Part shown: in pieces, positions 1 to 12,883 of the stretch | Numbering within the stretch: the stretch's first letter is position 1 | How the letters are laid out: the number at the start of each line of letters is the position of its first letter | Assembly (NCBI GenBank): GCA_965153455.1 | Contig: OZ234493.1 | Span: 6,500,213-6,564,212 of the forward strand | DNA: 64,000 bases | Origin: Sphagnum compactum | Lineage: Eukaryota | Direction of reading: 5' to 3' | Position numbers and translations under genes: made by a program | Notes under the pieces: model-generated | Databases searched by the model: none | What the model was told of the DNA's origin: nothing | Seen by the model: only the letters and a program-made list of their open reading frames with translations

Positions 1-170
1 TGTTCAGAGACCTTCAACAGTAACATATACAGTAGTGACTAGCTACCATAATATCCCCACTGACTTCATCAGCTCCCAGCAGTGGTGGTGGCCAATGTCA
101 TACATTACCAATGTACCTGCCAATAGACCACATGCAATAGGAAGAAGACTCAGTAGTGATGCTGGCTACC
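1..170 (-). repeat. Dispersed GGGAGCTGATG-core element, copy A (intronic, cut by the window edge)
   Basis: Aligns by eye with 905-1098: tagccag.atca...tgagtcttc, ctattgc, gggagctgatgaagtcagt, atgtt.ctgttga.ggtc.ctgaaca. Confidence 0.7.
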
Positions 171-904
171 TCAATAAAACCTAAAAGGGAAGAAGATCAA
201 GGAAGCTAAGAAGAAAGGGGAACACAAAGTGAATGAAAAAGATAAAGCAAACAAGAAAAGAGGAAGCAAAGAGAGAAATAAGACAGAATTTTCTGATAAC
301 ATGATCTTTTGAGGACAGAATGGGCTTTGACAAGATCCCCAATTAAAATTAAGGAGCCCTAGAATGATCACATTCACAATTCCGAAGGCAGAAACAACAA
401 ACAGAAAGAATTCCATTTTAAGCAAGTCACTGTTTCAACTTCAAAGAAACTTTGAAGAGTAACCTTTTTCTCTTCAGACAACTGATTAAACTAGCCATTT
501 GAACTACGGAGAACTCTTTTAAGATATCAAGCCATAAAGGAACCCATAAACTGACTATTGAGTATTCAAAAAACAGCTAAATATTGGAATCCACATGAGA
601 CATATGAATCATGTTAGTACCTGCATATTCCGGCTAATAACTCTAATCAAGAATGTCAATATTAAGACTTTTTGAATCTTCATATATCACTAAATCCAAT
701 AAGTAGCAAGAGAAGCCATTAGAGTGTATGTAATTCTTGTGAGAATTGAGAAATCTCTGTACTCACAATTAAGAAAGCCAGAACAGCATTAACTTTCCCT
801 TCAAGTCGAAGAAAGACTTCCAGATAAGAACTGAAGAACAGGGAAAGAAGAAAAACACAGACAGGTGGAACTGAAATGAAGAACAATAAAACTAGCAGCA
901 TGAA

Positions 905-1098
905 AAAAGTGAGTCTCTCACTTGTTCAGGGACCATCAACAGCAACATGTATGATGGCAACTTATCTATCACAACTTAACAACTGACTTCATCAGCTCCC
1001 TACAGTGGGTATAGGCCAGTGTACCCACTAACCTGTGTATTGAGTTTCTGTTACAAGTCTGGAAGCAATAGGAAGACTCAGCCATGATACTGGCTAGC
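905..1098 (-). repeat. Dispersed GGGAGCTGATG-core element, copy B
   Basis: Same blocks as copy A, followed by the hairpin AAGTGAG-aga-CTCACTT. Confidence 0.7.
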
Positions 1099-2441
1099 AC
1101 CTAATTATAGAAGGGAAAAACATAGACAAAAAAGAGAGGGAAAAAAGAGAGAACCAACAAATATACACGATGGGAAGAAGAAACAGAAAAAGACAGACAA
1201 AAGGGAAAGACAAACGAGGACCGTTAGAAGCCATTAGAATTGCAATTAAACTCACAGAATGATTTAACAGATATGCCATCAAAATAGTCTTTGCCTACAT
1301 ACAAATCGGGGATACCAGGAACTCAGATCATCTACAAACCTTCTTACTAAGGATAACTTCAAAAGTGAGACTTAATCGAAAAAAAAATAATATATAAAGT
1401 GGTAGAAGTTAGCTAAAAGGTCTGCAAAATTAGTACCCATTGGGCTATGAGTTGACTTCTAAATACCATCTGAACTCACTCAAGGAGCAAGTCCTCTATC
1501 AGGAAATCTAGCTTAGAGAATAAATCTGAAGCTTTTGCTACATTGAAGGGAGAAACTCCATAGACCTGGCTCCTCCTTCAATCAAACATATTTGAAGTTA
1601 TGTGCTGACATCTGAACCCAACAAAAATCTGAAAAGGTGGGACTAAAACGTCCTATTGAAAAAAATTGTCACTGGAACTTGCACTCTAGCTTTCAATCTG
1701 ATAGATTGATCTTTACATAAATCAAAAGATTGCAACAAAAGAGAAGATGATGTGTCAGCATTAGGTCTTGAGCAATTTTAATATCTTCAACCAGCAACTT
1801 GGCAACAGAGAAGTTGAAGTTTTCAAGTCCTTCCATAAAATTATCCTGAAGAACCTCCTCTAAGTTCAAGGTCTTGAGTAGTCAAGCTCCTTCTGTGAAG
1901 CTATCCTGCGGACTTTGAGCAATTTGTGAAGTTGAAAAATTCCATGATTTAGCTTCTAATATACAAATGTAAAGTTGTTAGTATATATATCTGTATAGAC
2001 AGTAAATGAAAGAATGCTCCAATCTTTCAAGGCGTTCAGGATCAACACAACAGAAAGGAACCAAAGAGGGAACACTATCATTGCTAAGGGGCGACACTTG
2101 GACCTCTAACTTAACAAAGCCAGGGACTTTTGGTTTCCATTCACTCAAGACTCCATGTAACCCTGGAATCTTTTCTTGCTTAAGAAAAAAACTGCTGGGT
2201 CCTCTTTTAATAGACTCTCAAGAGCCAAACTGCACAGAAAAGACCATCCAAATGTGGCACCTCTAGGAAAGAGACAATTAATTAGGCATTGAAAGAATGT
2301 CTAGCTCTGATCTGACTCAGACCTATATCAATCCCAGGTCATGGCACTAATATAGCCTTTTGATAGTCACTATTGACAGCAGCATACAATCTGAGAAACC
2401 AGGTCATGAACTATGCATACAAACATTCAGGCAAAACTGAC

Positions 2442-2520
2442 CTGAATGGGAGCTAAAACTCCACATGGTCCGCCCTCCCTTTGCACAAGCCCTAGTGATG
2501 TGTCTTGGTCAGGACTGAAC
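2442..2520 (-). CDS. MINDY-type deubiquitinase, coding exon 2 with the catalytic Cys motif. Later exons were not recognised in the window and probably lie beyond its left edge
   Basis: CAG acceptor ending at 2521 and GT donor at 2441. In phase with exon 1 it reads (R)FSPDQDTSLGLVQREGGPCGVLAPIQ; GGPCGVLA is the MINDY-3/4 active-site signature. Confidence 0.9.
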
Positions 2521-2920
2521 CTGAACAGTTGAAAGGAAAATGTCTCAACAAACAAATGTGTAGAATACAAATTCACAGTGCCAAATCTTCTCACAGAAAT
2601 CTGTCACGCTGGCAATTTGACCAGCATGCTGCTCAAGCAGGCAGAATTGTGGTACTTGAATTCTGCATAGTTTGTCATTCAAAGCTCAAACATCAAGATA
2701 TTCTTTGGCATTTGCAGATTCTCAGAACGTGCCAGTTGAGAAAACGAGAGGGACACAATTTTGTCAGTTCTGGAACGCAGACCTGTAACCTTCTGCGTGG
2801 TCGCCAACTGTAATTGCAAAGCTTGGAGACCCAAAATACATAATGACACAGCTTCCACAGAGCTATAGCTTCAGAAATACGTTAGCAAAAGAGATTCCAC
2901 GGGAGACAAATGAGAATCAC

Positions 2921-3387
2921 CTGAAACCTTGGTGACACCACTGGGCGAGTACCTCTCTTGAGACCTGCTGAACCCCAAACACCATAGTATGCAACCGCTC
3001 TGCCACCGTTATAGGCAGCTGTTGTCTATTACCCTCTACCCTCCTCTTCCCCGGGTTCATCTTCTCTGCTGCATCTCTAAGTGAAACAGGACCTTCTGAT
3101 CTGTCTGTGCCTTTGCATATTGTACGAGGTTCACTGGCAAGGGAGGGTGTCGAAGCACCTTTGGTGTCCACAGATTGCGAAGACGAAAGATTCGTGAGCC
3201 CTAATAAAGCTCCCCTCCTCTGTTCAGCCGCTGCAGCACGAAGTTCGCGTTGGATTCGACGGTCGCTTGCTTCAGGGCTTTCCGCAGTCCCTGGATTATC
3301 TCGAGGTTTACTTCGCTTGGCATCAGGGGCGGCCTGCAGACTCATACGAAATGCCCGCTGCAGCTCTTCGTCATCGTGCTCCCCCAT
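2921..3387 (-). CDS. MINDY-3/4 (FAM188)-type deubiquitinase with N-terminal ubiquitin-interacting motif, coding exon 1
   Basis: ATG at 3387 gives MGEHDDEELQRAFRMSLQ (UIM-like), then PDAKRSKPRD...QRELRAAAAEQR...MVFG...LAQWCHQGF, as in plant UIM-MINDY proteins. The exon ends at a GT donor (AG|GTGA, 2920). Confidence 0.88.
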
Positions 3388-3854
3388 CGCGAAAACCAAA
3401 TCCTCAACGGAACCTATATTGTCTTCCTTTGCATATAGAACTGAGGAGGAGGAAGTACAGACAAACTTCCCTATCGATTTGACTTGCATAGGGTTGCATC
3501 CACCGATCTCTCGCTACTAGCCAGCCTTTGTATCTGTTACCCTACAGATAAATACATTCAACTCCCTCCCTCCTGTTACAAGCACACAACCTGAGAATAT
3601 GTGCACGCGATTTCTTATGCCGATCCAGTCATGCTGTAGACCCCTTCCTCAAACCTCCTTATTACTTCCTGAATTTCCCAGCTTTCTCCATTTCACATCA
3701 CCAGCTTTAGAGGCAAGCAAGCTTCCAGAGATCACCGATTCCACCGCAGGAACAAACTCGCGCGAGTACCGAGAAAGACAGTAGTACGTTTTCGCTCGCA
3801 GCAGCGAAACGCGAGAAGAGTATTCTTCTTCTTCTTATTTTGGATGCAGTGAAT

Positions 3855-3860
3855 CACGTG
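3855..3860. promoter_or_regulatory. G-box (CACGTG) in the putative promoter of the MINDY gene
   Basis: Exact CACGTG ~470 bp upstream of the ATG, just beyond the CpG-rich likely 5' leader. A hexamer match only. Confidence 0.25.
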
Positions 3861-5655
3861 AAATTGCTTTTCAAGAATTTTAAGTATTTGGCAACAATAG
3901 GCTACCAATCATCTGAACGTGTCGCCAGGGCTGCTGGGCTGTATGTACCAAAAAGTTATGGCTTTCAACCCCCATTCGCCAATTCCCATCAACTAAGTTG
4001 TGAAAACACTCACAGGGAAACACAAAACACAACTTTGGTAATAAACAATTAGGTGTTACTGAAGAAAACACAACTTAGGTGACAGAAAACCATTAGACAC
4101 ATGCTTGGAAGTTGGAATCCAATCCAATCCAATATATGGTGTGTTGTGCATTAAATGCTGAGTTTCAACATTTCATACAGAGTTGCAGTATTTCATACTG
4201 AGATTTAATAAAACGCCTTTACTTTGCCGATACCACCTGAAACGAGGGGATAGGGGGTGAAAGGAGGCCCAAAGACAGGGTGAAAACAGGGTTACTTTAT
4301 GGATAACTCTAATATCGGTTTTGTTTTCAACTGTCATAAGCATAATGGTTGTCATGAATGCAAGAACAATTGAAGGTTATGGGTCAACAAGAATTTATAT
4401 ATCATTCATTGTGGTTGTGGAAGTTTCCGTAGATCCTTTCATAAAGCGGATCCTCTTAGGAACTTTCCTAAATAAAAAATTCAGTCATTTATTTAGAGGA
4501 AAAGTAATTATGGTGGATGTTTTTTTAATGTAGTATGGATGCATTATGATGGATGAATTTTATTCATTGTGAATGGAAGTGATGATTATGGATTATTTTC
4601 ATCATATGGATGAAAACACTTATGGATGGTAATTAAGTGATGTAAACTAGCTATGTAAACTATTGCTAATAATAGTTATGAGATTTGTTCAAATATCATA
4701 TGTTGTATATGATGGAGTTGATGGATGTCATTTAAGTAAGCAATGTAGTAAAACAATTTATGTTAAATAATTGAATCATTGATAAGTAAGCTAAAAGTTA
4801 GATTTAAACAAATGTTTTCAAGGAATTTAACCCTGAGATTATCATTATGGATATGATATTTAAAATATGTTCAAACATGAAGATAACATGGTTGATAAAA
4901 CGAGTGATAATTAATTTTGTTCAAATAGGGGGGAAATTATTTATAAATAGTTGATGTTGCAAATGAGATGGCATTGTTATCACTAATCTAACTTTTAAAG
5001 TTAAGGAAGGTTTTAATTTTTTGCCACGATGTTAAAAATCTTCAAAAATGAAAATCTCAATCTTTAACACTTTCAATAGCCTTGTATCTTACTTATTGTA
5101 TCCTATTTAATATCTTATCAATAACATCACCTATTAGCAAGGGTTGTTTTCATGTGTTTCATCGTCACCCTCGTGCTTTGCACCTATGCAAGTCACCCAT
5201 GTTTCACCATCACAATTTAGATCTAAGCTTTGCATTTGTGCCTCACTCATGCTTCAACATCACAATTTGCATTCAAGTTTTACACTTGAGCTTTTGCATT
5301 TGTTTTTTTTGTGTCACAACATCATGTTTGTCTCTTTGCATGTTATTTTTACGTATCCACCTCTCACAACATCAATGCATTTATCTCTTTACATCTATCG
5401 TTTCCATATATGTATCTTTCACAACATCATCATCACAAATTTTATAACAAAAATTCAACAGCAGTCAATCTAACACCATACAACAAGAAAGGATGTGGTA
5501 GAGGCCAAGGAGGCATAAATACCTCACAAGGCAATTGAAGCCAAAAGGAGACAAATGTAATGAAAAATTCAAAAGGCAATTCATCAAACAATATGAAAGG
5601 AAACAACAGAAATCAAAACAAAGGAAGTGAAAGTTTTTCCTACCAACATAACATG

Positions 5656-5955
5656 AATTAGAATCATGAGGAGGTGATGGCCCTAATTAGTTGTAAGCAC
5701 AAGGAAAACATCATTTTGAAACAAGTTGTTGATTTGCAAATAAACATGATTCCTACAACACAACATTTGAACAACAATCACATTCAAAGACTTCAATAAT
5801 TGGCAAGATGTGCAAGGACAAGTGGAATTGCATTAATGGTGATTACAAGAAATATTTAATTACCACAAAAACACTTGTCATAACATTTAATATTGGGATT
5901 TGATGATGGAAGAGTGAAATAGACTCCATTTTTCAAGACATTTCAATGAAGATTG
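5656..5955 (+). pseudogene. Decayed Myb/SANT-like (trihelix-type) coding relic, probably the DNA-binding ORF of a PIF/Harbinger transposon
   Basis: Fragments N*NHEEVMALISCKHKE, CKDKWNCINGDYKK and YWDLMMEE*NRLHFSRHFNE, with stops and frameshifts. Assignment to Harbinger is inference. Confidence 0.6.
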
Positions 5956-8334
5956 TCATACTTTGAAGCTTTTTAGAGGGAGAAAAACATTAATGCTTTA
6001 ATTCACTTGAATGATCTATAAACAAAAGGCAATGGAATTTATGTACAATAGAAAGAAAAAGAAGAAAAACATTTTTGTGCACAACCTAATAGATCCTTGA
6101 TGCATGAGTTGTTAATAGAAGCTGCTATTCTAGAGAAGAGCCAAAAGGTTCCTCAATTCAACCAATGCAATAATCATGAAGTTAATATAAATAATGTAAT
6201 CCACCTAGATGACTTTTCACAAGCCTTTGGATTAGGTAATGGACCTCCTCAATGTCTTACATTTGTGAACTTCAATGATTTTAATTCTAAGGCACTTACA
6301 AGACCTAACACACATCCAACACCTACAACAATAGTAACTATATAACTATTGTTAACACTAAAGTCAAAAGAAAAAAATCATCAATATTCTTGCCGATCAT
6401 CGAAGCCAATAATAAAAACAACAAGATTATTGAGGATGCCATGGATTTCATCAACACAAGTTTACTTGAAATTGACAAGAACAAGACCAAGTTTCATGAA
6501 AAGGCATGATTTAAACAACATGTTAAGTATTTGAAGGAGAAAAAAAAAGGCTTACAAATGATAAGAATGTGGTAAGCATTTTATCAAACTTCAACTCTAC
6601 AACATGTCATGCCTTCATAAAAATCAATCGCAAATGCCTCCACCAATTAACATGTTTGAATCCTCCTCTAATGATTTGACATTACCAAACAATCAAAACA
6701 CAAATGAAAACTAGCAATCAATCTAAAGGAAAACAATTTTAAGTTGAGTTCATTTTCCATTTGACAAAATTTTAATTGAATGTTTCAATTTCATTGAGTT
6801 AAATAGTAATAGTGAAATTTACCTTCCATTTCGACATTCCTCATTTCAACTACCAATTTGATGTAACATTGAACTTGAATAAGAATAATTCAATTAATTT
6901 CAATCAATCTACCATTTGAACATTGAAAGTGATAAAACTCTAGAATCAAAATTTGAATTTCATTGAATTAAACAATAGCATGATGAACTATAATCATTTC
7001 AACATTAAGATAAATAGGGGAGAGATGATAATTGTTTCGTCAAACCACAACACCATTAAAATAAATAGCAATAGTTAAGCTTACATTTCATTCCACATTC
7101 TTCAATATTTAATGTAGCATTGAACTTGAAGAAAAACAATTCCAATCAATTTGAATAAATTTGCCATAACAAATCCACACACATAAATATCCAAATAGCA
7201 ATTGTCATTTTAAAAACACATCATTACAAATGTGTAGCAAAATACACAATTGCTTTAAAATATTTTTTTGTTTTTACCAAGTCTAAATCTTTTTCAAGAT
7301 CCAAATTTTATTCTTTTACTACCAAGTTCAATTTTTTTTTAAAGCTTCAAATTTGTAGTTTGCAATGAAAAAGAAAACGATCTATGGTGATGATTTGTAG
7401 TAGATTTGTGGAACTATCACCATGACAACAATAGTGGACATTAAACATTTTAACATTTTCCATTTCAATTCCAAACACAACAACATATTAGCTGAAAAAA
7501 AGAGTTGAACATTGTAATTTACAACAATGAGTTGAACATTTCAATTTCATTTTAGCATTGCACTTGACAACATTTCAGCTTGTTCATTTCCTATGTGTTC
7601 ATTTGTTTCCTAAATATGCCTCAAGTGTTAGTCGTGGCTAGATCCCAAAAATTCATTACCTTTTAAAGTAGTTTTTACTTCATTGAATCATGCATTTGTC
7701 CTATTATATTGACACCTTTTTATTCCACCCTATTGATATTCATGTTTTAGTCACAACATTAGTGCATCTACATCAACATCCCTCCCATCCAATATCAAGT
7801 TATACGACATACAACATGTAACAACATCAGCCATGTGACTGTTCAAACCACTTGACAACCCTTGAAAAGTTGCTGCTTACACAGATGCTAAAGATAGACA
7901 TGAGAGTCATTGAACACATGGATAGTTTGCAAGAAAGACCCTTGACATCACACAATACATCAAACATGATGCCTGGTGCAAGAAAAAATGAAGAACAGCT
8001 ATCACAATGTGCTTGAATCATCCAACAGTTGTGCCCCCAAAAATTGCAAAGGATCTTGTGCTGCCTTCCATGGTGCTGTTTCAGTGATTTGAGTTTGGAT
8101 GATGCAAAGACTCATGCAAAGATATCAAGACCAGAGCTTGAGATGTACGTTTCCATACATCTGTGTTCTTACTGCAACCAACTGTACCAAACTTCTCTCC
8201 CTATCACAGTAACCAACATATCAGTGAAGAAGAAAAAGGAGAGACCCTGATTCTTAAAAGTGCAAACAACTGAAGAGCAGAAGATCTATATTAATCTTCA
8301 CAGTATTATTTCACTTGAAAGGTAAAATGTTTTG

Positions 8335-8545
8335 TGTCAGCTCCTCCAAAACCAAAATAAACACAAGAACATGCATGATACTGACCAGCTGCCATACCAA
8401 CACATCTCCACTGTCTCCTTCACCATCAGCTCCCTGCAAGTGGCAAGAACATTCAGCCATGGTGAAGTCCTTCTGCTTCGTCTTCTGGTGCAAAAACAGC
8501 TGTGCAAGATCCAAAAGTGGCAGTTTCTGATCCCACCTGCTAGAC
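8335..8545 (-). repeat. Dispersed GGGAGCTGATG-core element, diverged copy D
   Basis: Minus strand reads cacttgcagggagctgatg...cagtggagat...atggcagctggtcagtatcatgcatgtt, matching the core of copy A. Confidence 0.55.
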
Positions 8546-9899
8546 ACATCAGAGCAACCCTGCTGCAATAGGTGTACAATTGCGAAGAGAGCAAGTGAGA
8601 GAGAAGAACACACAATCAATCCTTGTTGTCAATTTTACTCATTTCCATTCTCGCAGTATCTTGGAAGTGTTGTTGTGGAGATTTTCTCTGCCATCAGCTC
8701 ATTACATAAATTATTTTTTGCTTCTATTCTTGAATTGCAAGTGCTTGCAGGTAGTGACTACCATGCATCATGATGAAGGGTGATGATGATGGTATCATAC
8801 TCACAAAGTAATATTACCACCTTTGAATGTGTTTTTTGTGTGGAGATTCTTCTCTCTGCAGTCAGATTTTCTACATTGTTCCTATACTTGAAACATGATC
8901 AGATTCCTTCTTTGCATGGGAATGGTTATTATGCATGAGGAAACTCTGGAGTGCATCCATCTCATTTCATGTTTGTGTGAATCACTGGGAAATCATGGTG
9001 GTTTAGTGTTGTACCACATGATCTGTTGCATAAGCCTGTGTGAATTTCTCTCACTGTCTTGGATGTAGTATATATATTTTATGTGTCCAGTGTTCATGTG
9101 CTTATTTTTGCAAGAATCATGATCTTTTGCAAGGACCTAGTGTATTGCTAGAAGCAGCTGCTATTGAACAACGCACACAAATTGTAACATGTCTAATAAG
9201 TGCATAATATCTTTGCTTTGGAAGCATGGATTGTACTGCTGTGAATGTTTTGGTATTAGATTCGAAACATGTGTATGGTGGAGTCTCTGTTTCAATGAGT
9301 TTATCCAGTTGTGACTTGTCACAATTTCTTATGATATCCTTTTGAGGGGGGAAAAATCTTTGACTGATTGTGACAAAGATGATTGCAAGATATCCACACT
9401 TCATTCTTGTCTGACAAGGAAGATTGGTTGTTCCACAAATCTTGAAAGCAGGGCCAACATTTTGAATATGGGCAGAGGATGGTGCTGAAGCTGAGGTGAT
9501 GATCGCCTGAACCTGTTTTTCCTGTGTTGTATTTCTTGCCCAATTTCTTGGAATTACTTCAAACTGTCCTGAATTGCATGCATTTGGTGATAGCTGATAA
9601 GCATTTCAGCTATGCAAGAATTGCAGCACTTGTGATTAAGCATTGCAATCAGGACATATGTGTGGTCACAGGTTTGAATCTGAGATTGCAGATGGGTGGG
9701 TCTTTGGTTTGGCATCAAGGGAAGATATCCTCAAGAGTTCAAGCCAGAACAGGTGAATGACGATTTCTATTCAGCAATCAAGGAAGGAAAATCAAACAAT
9801 TCCATCAAAGGTACTCCAAATACACTCTCTAGATTGCAATGATTTAAGGAAAGAGATTTTCTTTCAATGGAAAAGTTCTGCTGTAATGAATCCAAAAGT

Positions 9900-10062
9900 G
9901 CTAGCCAATGTGGAGATTCCTCTGCAATTTCACAGATATGTTCTATAATTATCCACTCCCACCCTTGGGAGCTGATGGAGTCAGTGGGGAGTAAATGACA
10001 GCTAGAGACTATCATTCATGATGAAAGTGATGATCTGATACTTTGTGAGTGCACTCACAAGG
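9900..10062 (+). repeat. Dispersed GGGAGCTGATG-core element, copy C
   Basis: gctagcca...tgggagctgatggagtcagtgggga...atgacagctagagactatcattcatg...ctgata, followed by the hairpin TTGTGAG-tgca-CTCACAA. Confidence 0.6.
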
Positions 10063-10619
10063 TACGATCACACTCATTCTTGTCATCTCATATATATGTG
10101 GGTGATTCCAACAACTAAAGCTGTTCCAGCAAGCAAATGAACTCTTTTAGGTACCAAAAATCTATGCCACCACCATCTGCTGGTTTTGGCTGTGGATGAG
10201 ACATAGGTCAACTTCAAACAACTCTTGTTAAAGAGTCCAAGGAACCTATGTGGAACTTCTGAACAGTAATACATTTTTCTCTACTCAAGTTGTGGTATCT
10301 TTGTGTACTGTTAGTATCCATGTTTCTATTTGCATGAGCTCTAACAGGATCTCAAATTATTGAAACCCATGAGTCTTGACTATTTAGCACTGGGAAGTTC
10401 GATGCTGTGATCAGCCAATTTTGGCTACTGGGATGAGTCAAAATGGTGATCAACAGGGATAGTGTTGCCAATCATAACAGATTTGCCTGGCAGGATTGTC
10501 ATTCAGATGTTGTCTAGTATAGATATCAATTTTGAAGAAAGATGTTAATTTCTGCGGTTGTTGTGCTTGTTTGCTTGATGGGCTTTTCGTGTTTCCATTC
10601 AAAGTTTTGGGTGTTGTAG

Positions 10620-12000
10620 GCTGGGGCAAAGCATATCTATGCAGTAGAAGCATCACATATGGCACATTATGCACATAAGCTTGTTGCTGGAAATCACCCT
10701 CTTGGCCAACGCATCATGCTACTTTTCTTGTAGCCTATAAATATTTCTTATCCTTCTCCTTTATATCATTTGTGTGAATCCTATTCTGTCTATCAAGCTT
10801 TTGATATGTTCATTCTTTGGACCCATTGGACTGTGAGAAATCACTGTGATGGGTTCTTGGTTCCAAATTGAGTCTTGAGGCAGACATATAGATTATAGCC
10901 AAATTCAGATGCCAGATGTGCAGATGTTCCACTCTTAACTTCATGTCTTAGAACCTGGTTGCTTGGCATTTCTCTTTGGCTTTCAAGTGGCTGGTTCTGC
11001 TTTTGATCCCTTCCCAATGCCATGCACCTTTGTTTGTCATTCTGTGGGGTACTAGCAGGGTTGAACTTGGTTTACCTAGTTAGTTATGGTTATGTGCTTC
11101 ATAAGGCTACTGCAGTATGCAACGGTCAAAGTGGGTTTAAAGGGCAGGGTTTAGGGGAGCAGATTGCAGTAGGGTTGAGAGCATGGGTATTTCTTGGCTG
11201 CAGGTGATTCATGGCAAAGTTGAGGAGGTTCAGCTGCCAGAGAAAGTTGACATTCTAATTTCAGAGCCAATGGGTGAGAGCTTTAGCTCTCATCAAACAT
11301 GGGCTGAACACTTTGCTCTGGGAGCTCTAGACATCGTAGGTTAAGGGGTGAAGTTTGGAGCTTGTGCAACATTTCCAATAACAGGACACTGGAGGGAGGC
11401 AGATGTAAAATATATATAAGTCCAAAACTTGCAAATTAGTTTTTGGAGAGGTTCTTTTGCTTGGACTGAGAAGTGTCCTTTCAAGAAGATTCATTTGTAG
11501 ATTTGTCCCAGTTAATGATCTTACTCTAGGATCTGACTGATATTCAGCAGGTTCTTGTCACATCTGGACTTGCTCAATCTTTTCTTCAGCCCTGATTTTC
11601 CTTTCCATATGAAGTGAGATGGAAACAAACTTAAGTGATTTCTGCAGAGCCTAGAGGTGTGTACTATGTTTTGGTGCTCAGGTGCTGCCATTTCCGTGTC
11701 ACGGGATATTGGAAAACTTTCTTACAAATATTTCTCCTGTATTCAGAAGCCTGAGATGCACTATATGACTATAAGTTCCTGAAACATGTGTCTTATCATG
11801 GTTTTATGGATATCTGATAGTTTTGAACCTGTGAATTGGGTTATGTTCAACTTTTATGCTCAAAAAACAAGGTTGCTGAAATTTTGTGTGTGTTTGTGCA
11901 GGGACATTGCTTGTGAATGAGTGAATGCTTGAATCATATATTATTGCAAGGGATCATTTTCTTGTTCCCCCAAAGGAAAAATGTTCCCATCCATAGGAAG
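10620..12000 (+). pseudogene. PRMT4: PRMT4/CARM1 arginine methyltransferase pseudogene fragment; exons 10620-10718, 11204-11273 and 11902-12000
   Basis: AGAKHIYAVEASHMAHYAHKLVAGNHPLGQRIM / VIHGKVEEVQLPEKVDILISEPMG / TLLVNE*MLESYIIARDHFLVP-KGKMFPSIGR follows the plant PRMT4 core. Lesions: first donor is CT instead of GT (10719), TGA at 11922-11924 replaces a conserved Arg, and there is a frameshift in the C run near 11970. Confidence 0.92.
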
Positions 12001-12325
12001 GTCATCATTTATCCTTTTAGATGCAATTGGAATTGAATTTTCTCATTTGTAATTGGTCTTTCTTTGTTATGGGCAATTAGCATTGTTGTATTTGAATGAA
12101 TGGACAGTTTTGGTGTTTTTGGCCTGTTGTCAAGAAGGTGTTATTTGTACGCCAGGATATGTATGTCACCTTTCAGTGATGAGTACTTGTACAGTGAAAT
12201 CACAAATAAGGGATTATTCAACAGAAAAACGTCTTTTGTTTGCAGAAAGTCAGATTTTCTGTCAAGCTCATACACTTGAGCTAAATTCTGAATGTTCTTG
12301 TGCAAACCGATTGTTCCATAAAAGT

Positions 12326-12384
12326 ACTCTGATTTGTCAATGAAGCAAAATATCACTCTGATTTGTCAATGAAGCAAAATATCA
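12326..12384. repeat. Perfect 29-bp tandem duplication
   Basis: actctgatttgtcaatgaagcaaaatatc occurs twice in succession. Confidence 0.9.
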
Positions 12385-12627
12385 TGGATGTCCTTTGTGT
12401 TCAACCATTTGTAGTCCTCAGATGGGTCCAATAATTTTTGATGATCTTCATGAAGTCTCTCATGTATAAAGATTTTCAAGGGTCCCCAAGCATTTTTCTA
12501 GGTTTATATTACATGGAAGATGATAATTCTCTCTAAGCAACAGCAAGTAGCCTGATGGCAGAGTTTATTTTGGCACCAATAGAACTATTATGGGGTGAAT
12601 CTCAAGCCTGTGCATGACATTCCAGAG

Positions 12628-12883
12628 TTATTTCTCACAGGTCTGAATGAAGGATTGATGTGCCCAGTCACATGGAAGTGCCCACACCAACCCTTCTTGC
12701 AACTTCAACTTTGATGCACACCAATCCTTCTTTCAGACCTGTGAGAAATAAAACAAGTATAAGGACAAAATACTGTATCTAAATTCCTTCTCAGTTTCTC
12801 ACTTTCATGTGACTGGGCATAGCAATCCTTCCCAAAGTTGGTGTGCCCACACCAAAGTTGATGTTGAAAGAAGGACTGGTGTG
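12628..12883. repeat. Fold-back cluster of three overlapping inverted-repeat pairs
   Basis: 12628-12663 pairs with 12716-12751 (34/36). About 12649-12680 pairs with 12800-12831, and about 12683-12716 pairs with 12850-12883. Confidence 0.8.

Noticed and set aside
905..1098. Hammerhead ribozyme in the dispersed element (CTGATGA, an upstream TGAGTC, and GAAACTCA/GAGACTCA)
   Set aside because: The perfect GAAAC lies in the wrong order, no stem II joins CTGATGA to a GAAA, and the other copies lack these parts.
3388..3489. N-terminal extension of the MINDY ORF from the ATG at 3489
   Set aside because: Family resemblance begins at MGEHDD (3387). The upstream ATG is in frame and cannot be excluded, but nothing supports it.
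3107..3520. 137-aa plus-strand ORF
   Set aside because: Antisense shadow of MINDY exon 1.
4050..7625. Full PIF/Harbinger element boundaries around the Myb relic
   Set aside because: Candidate TIRs near 4050 and 7620 are too degenerate, and I recognised no transposase.
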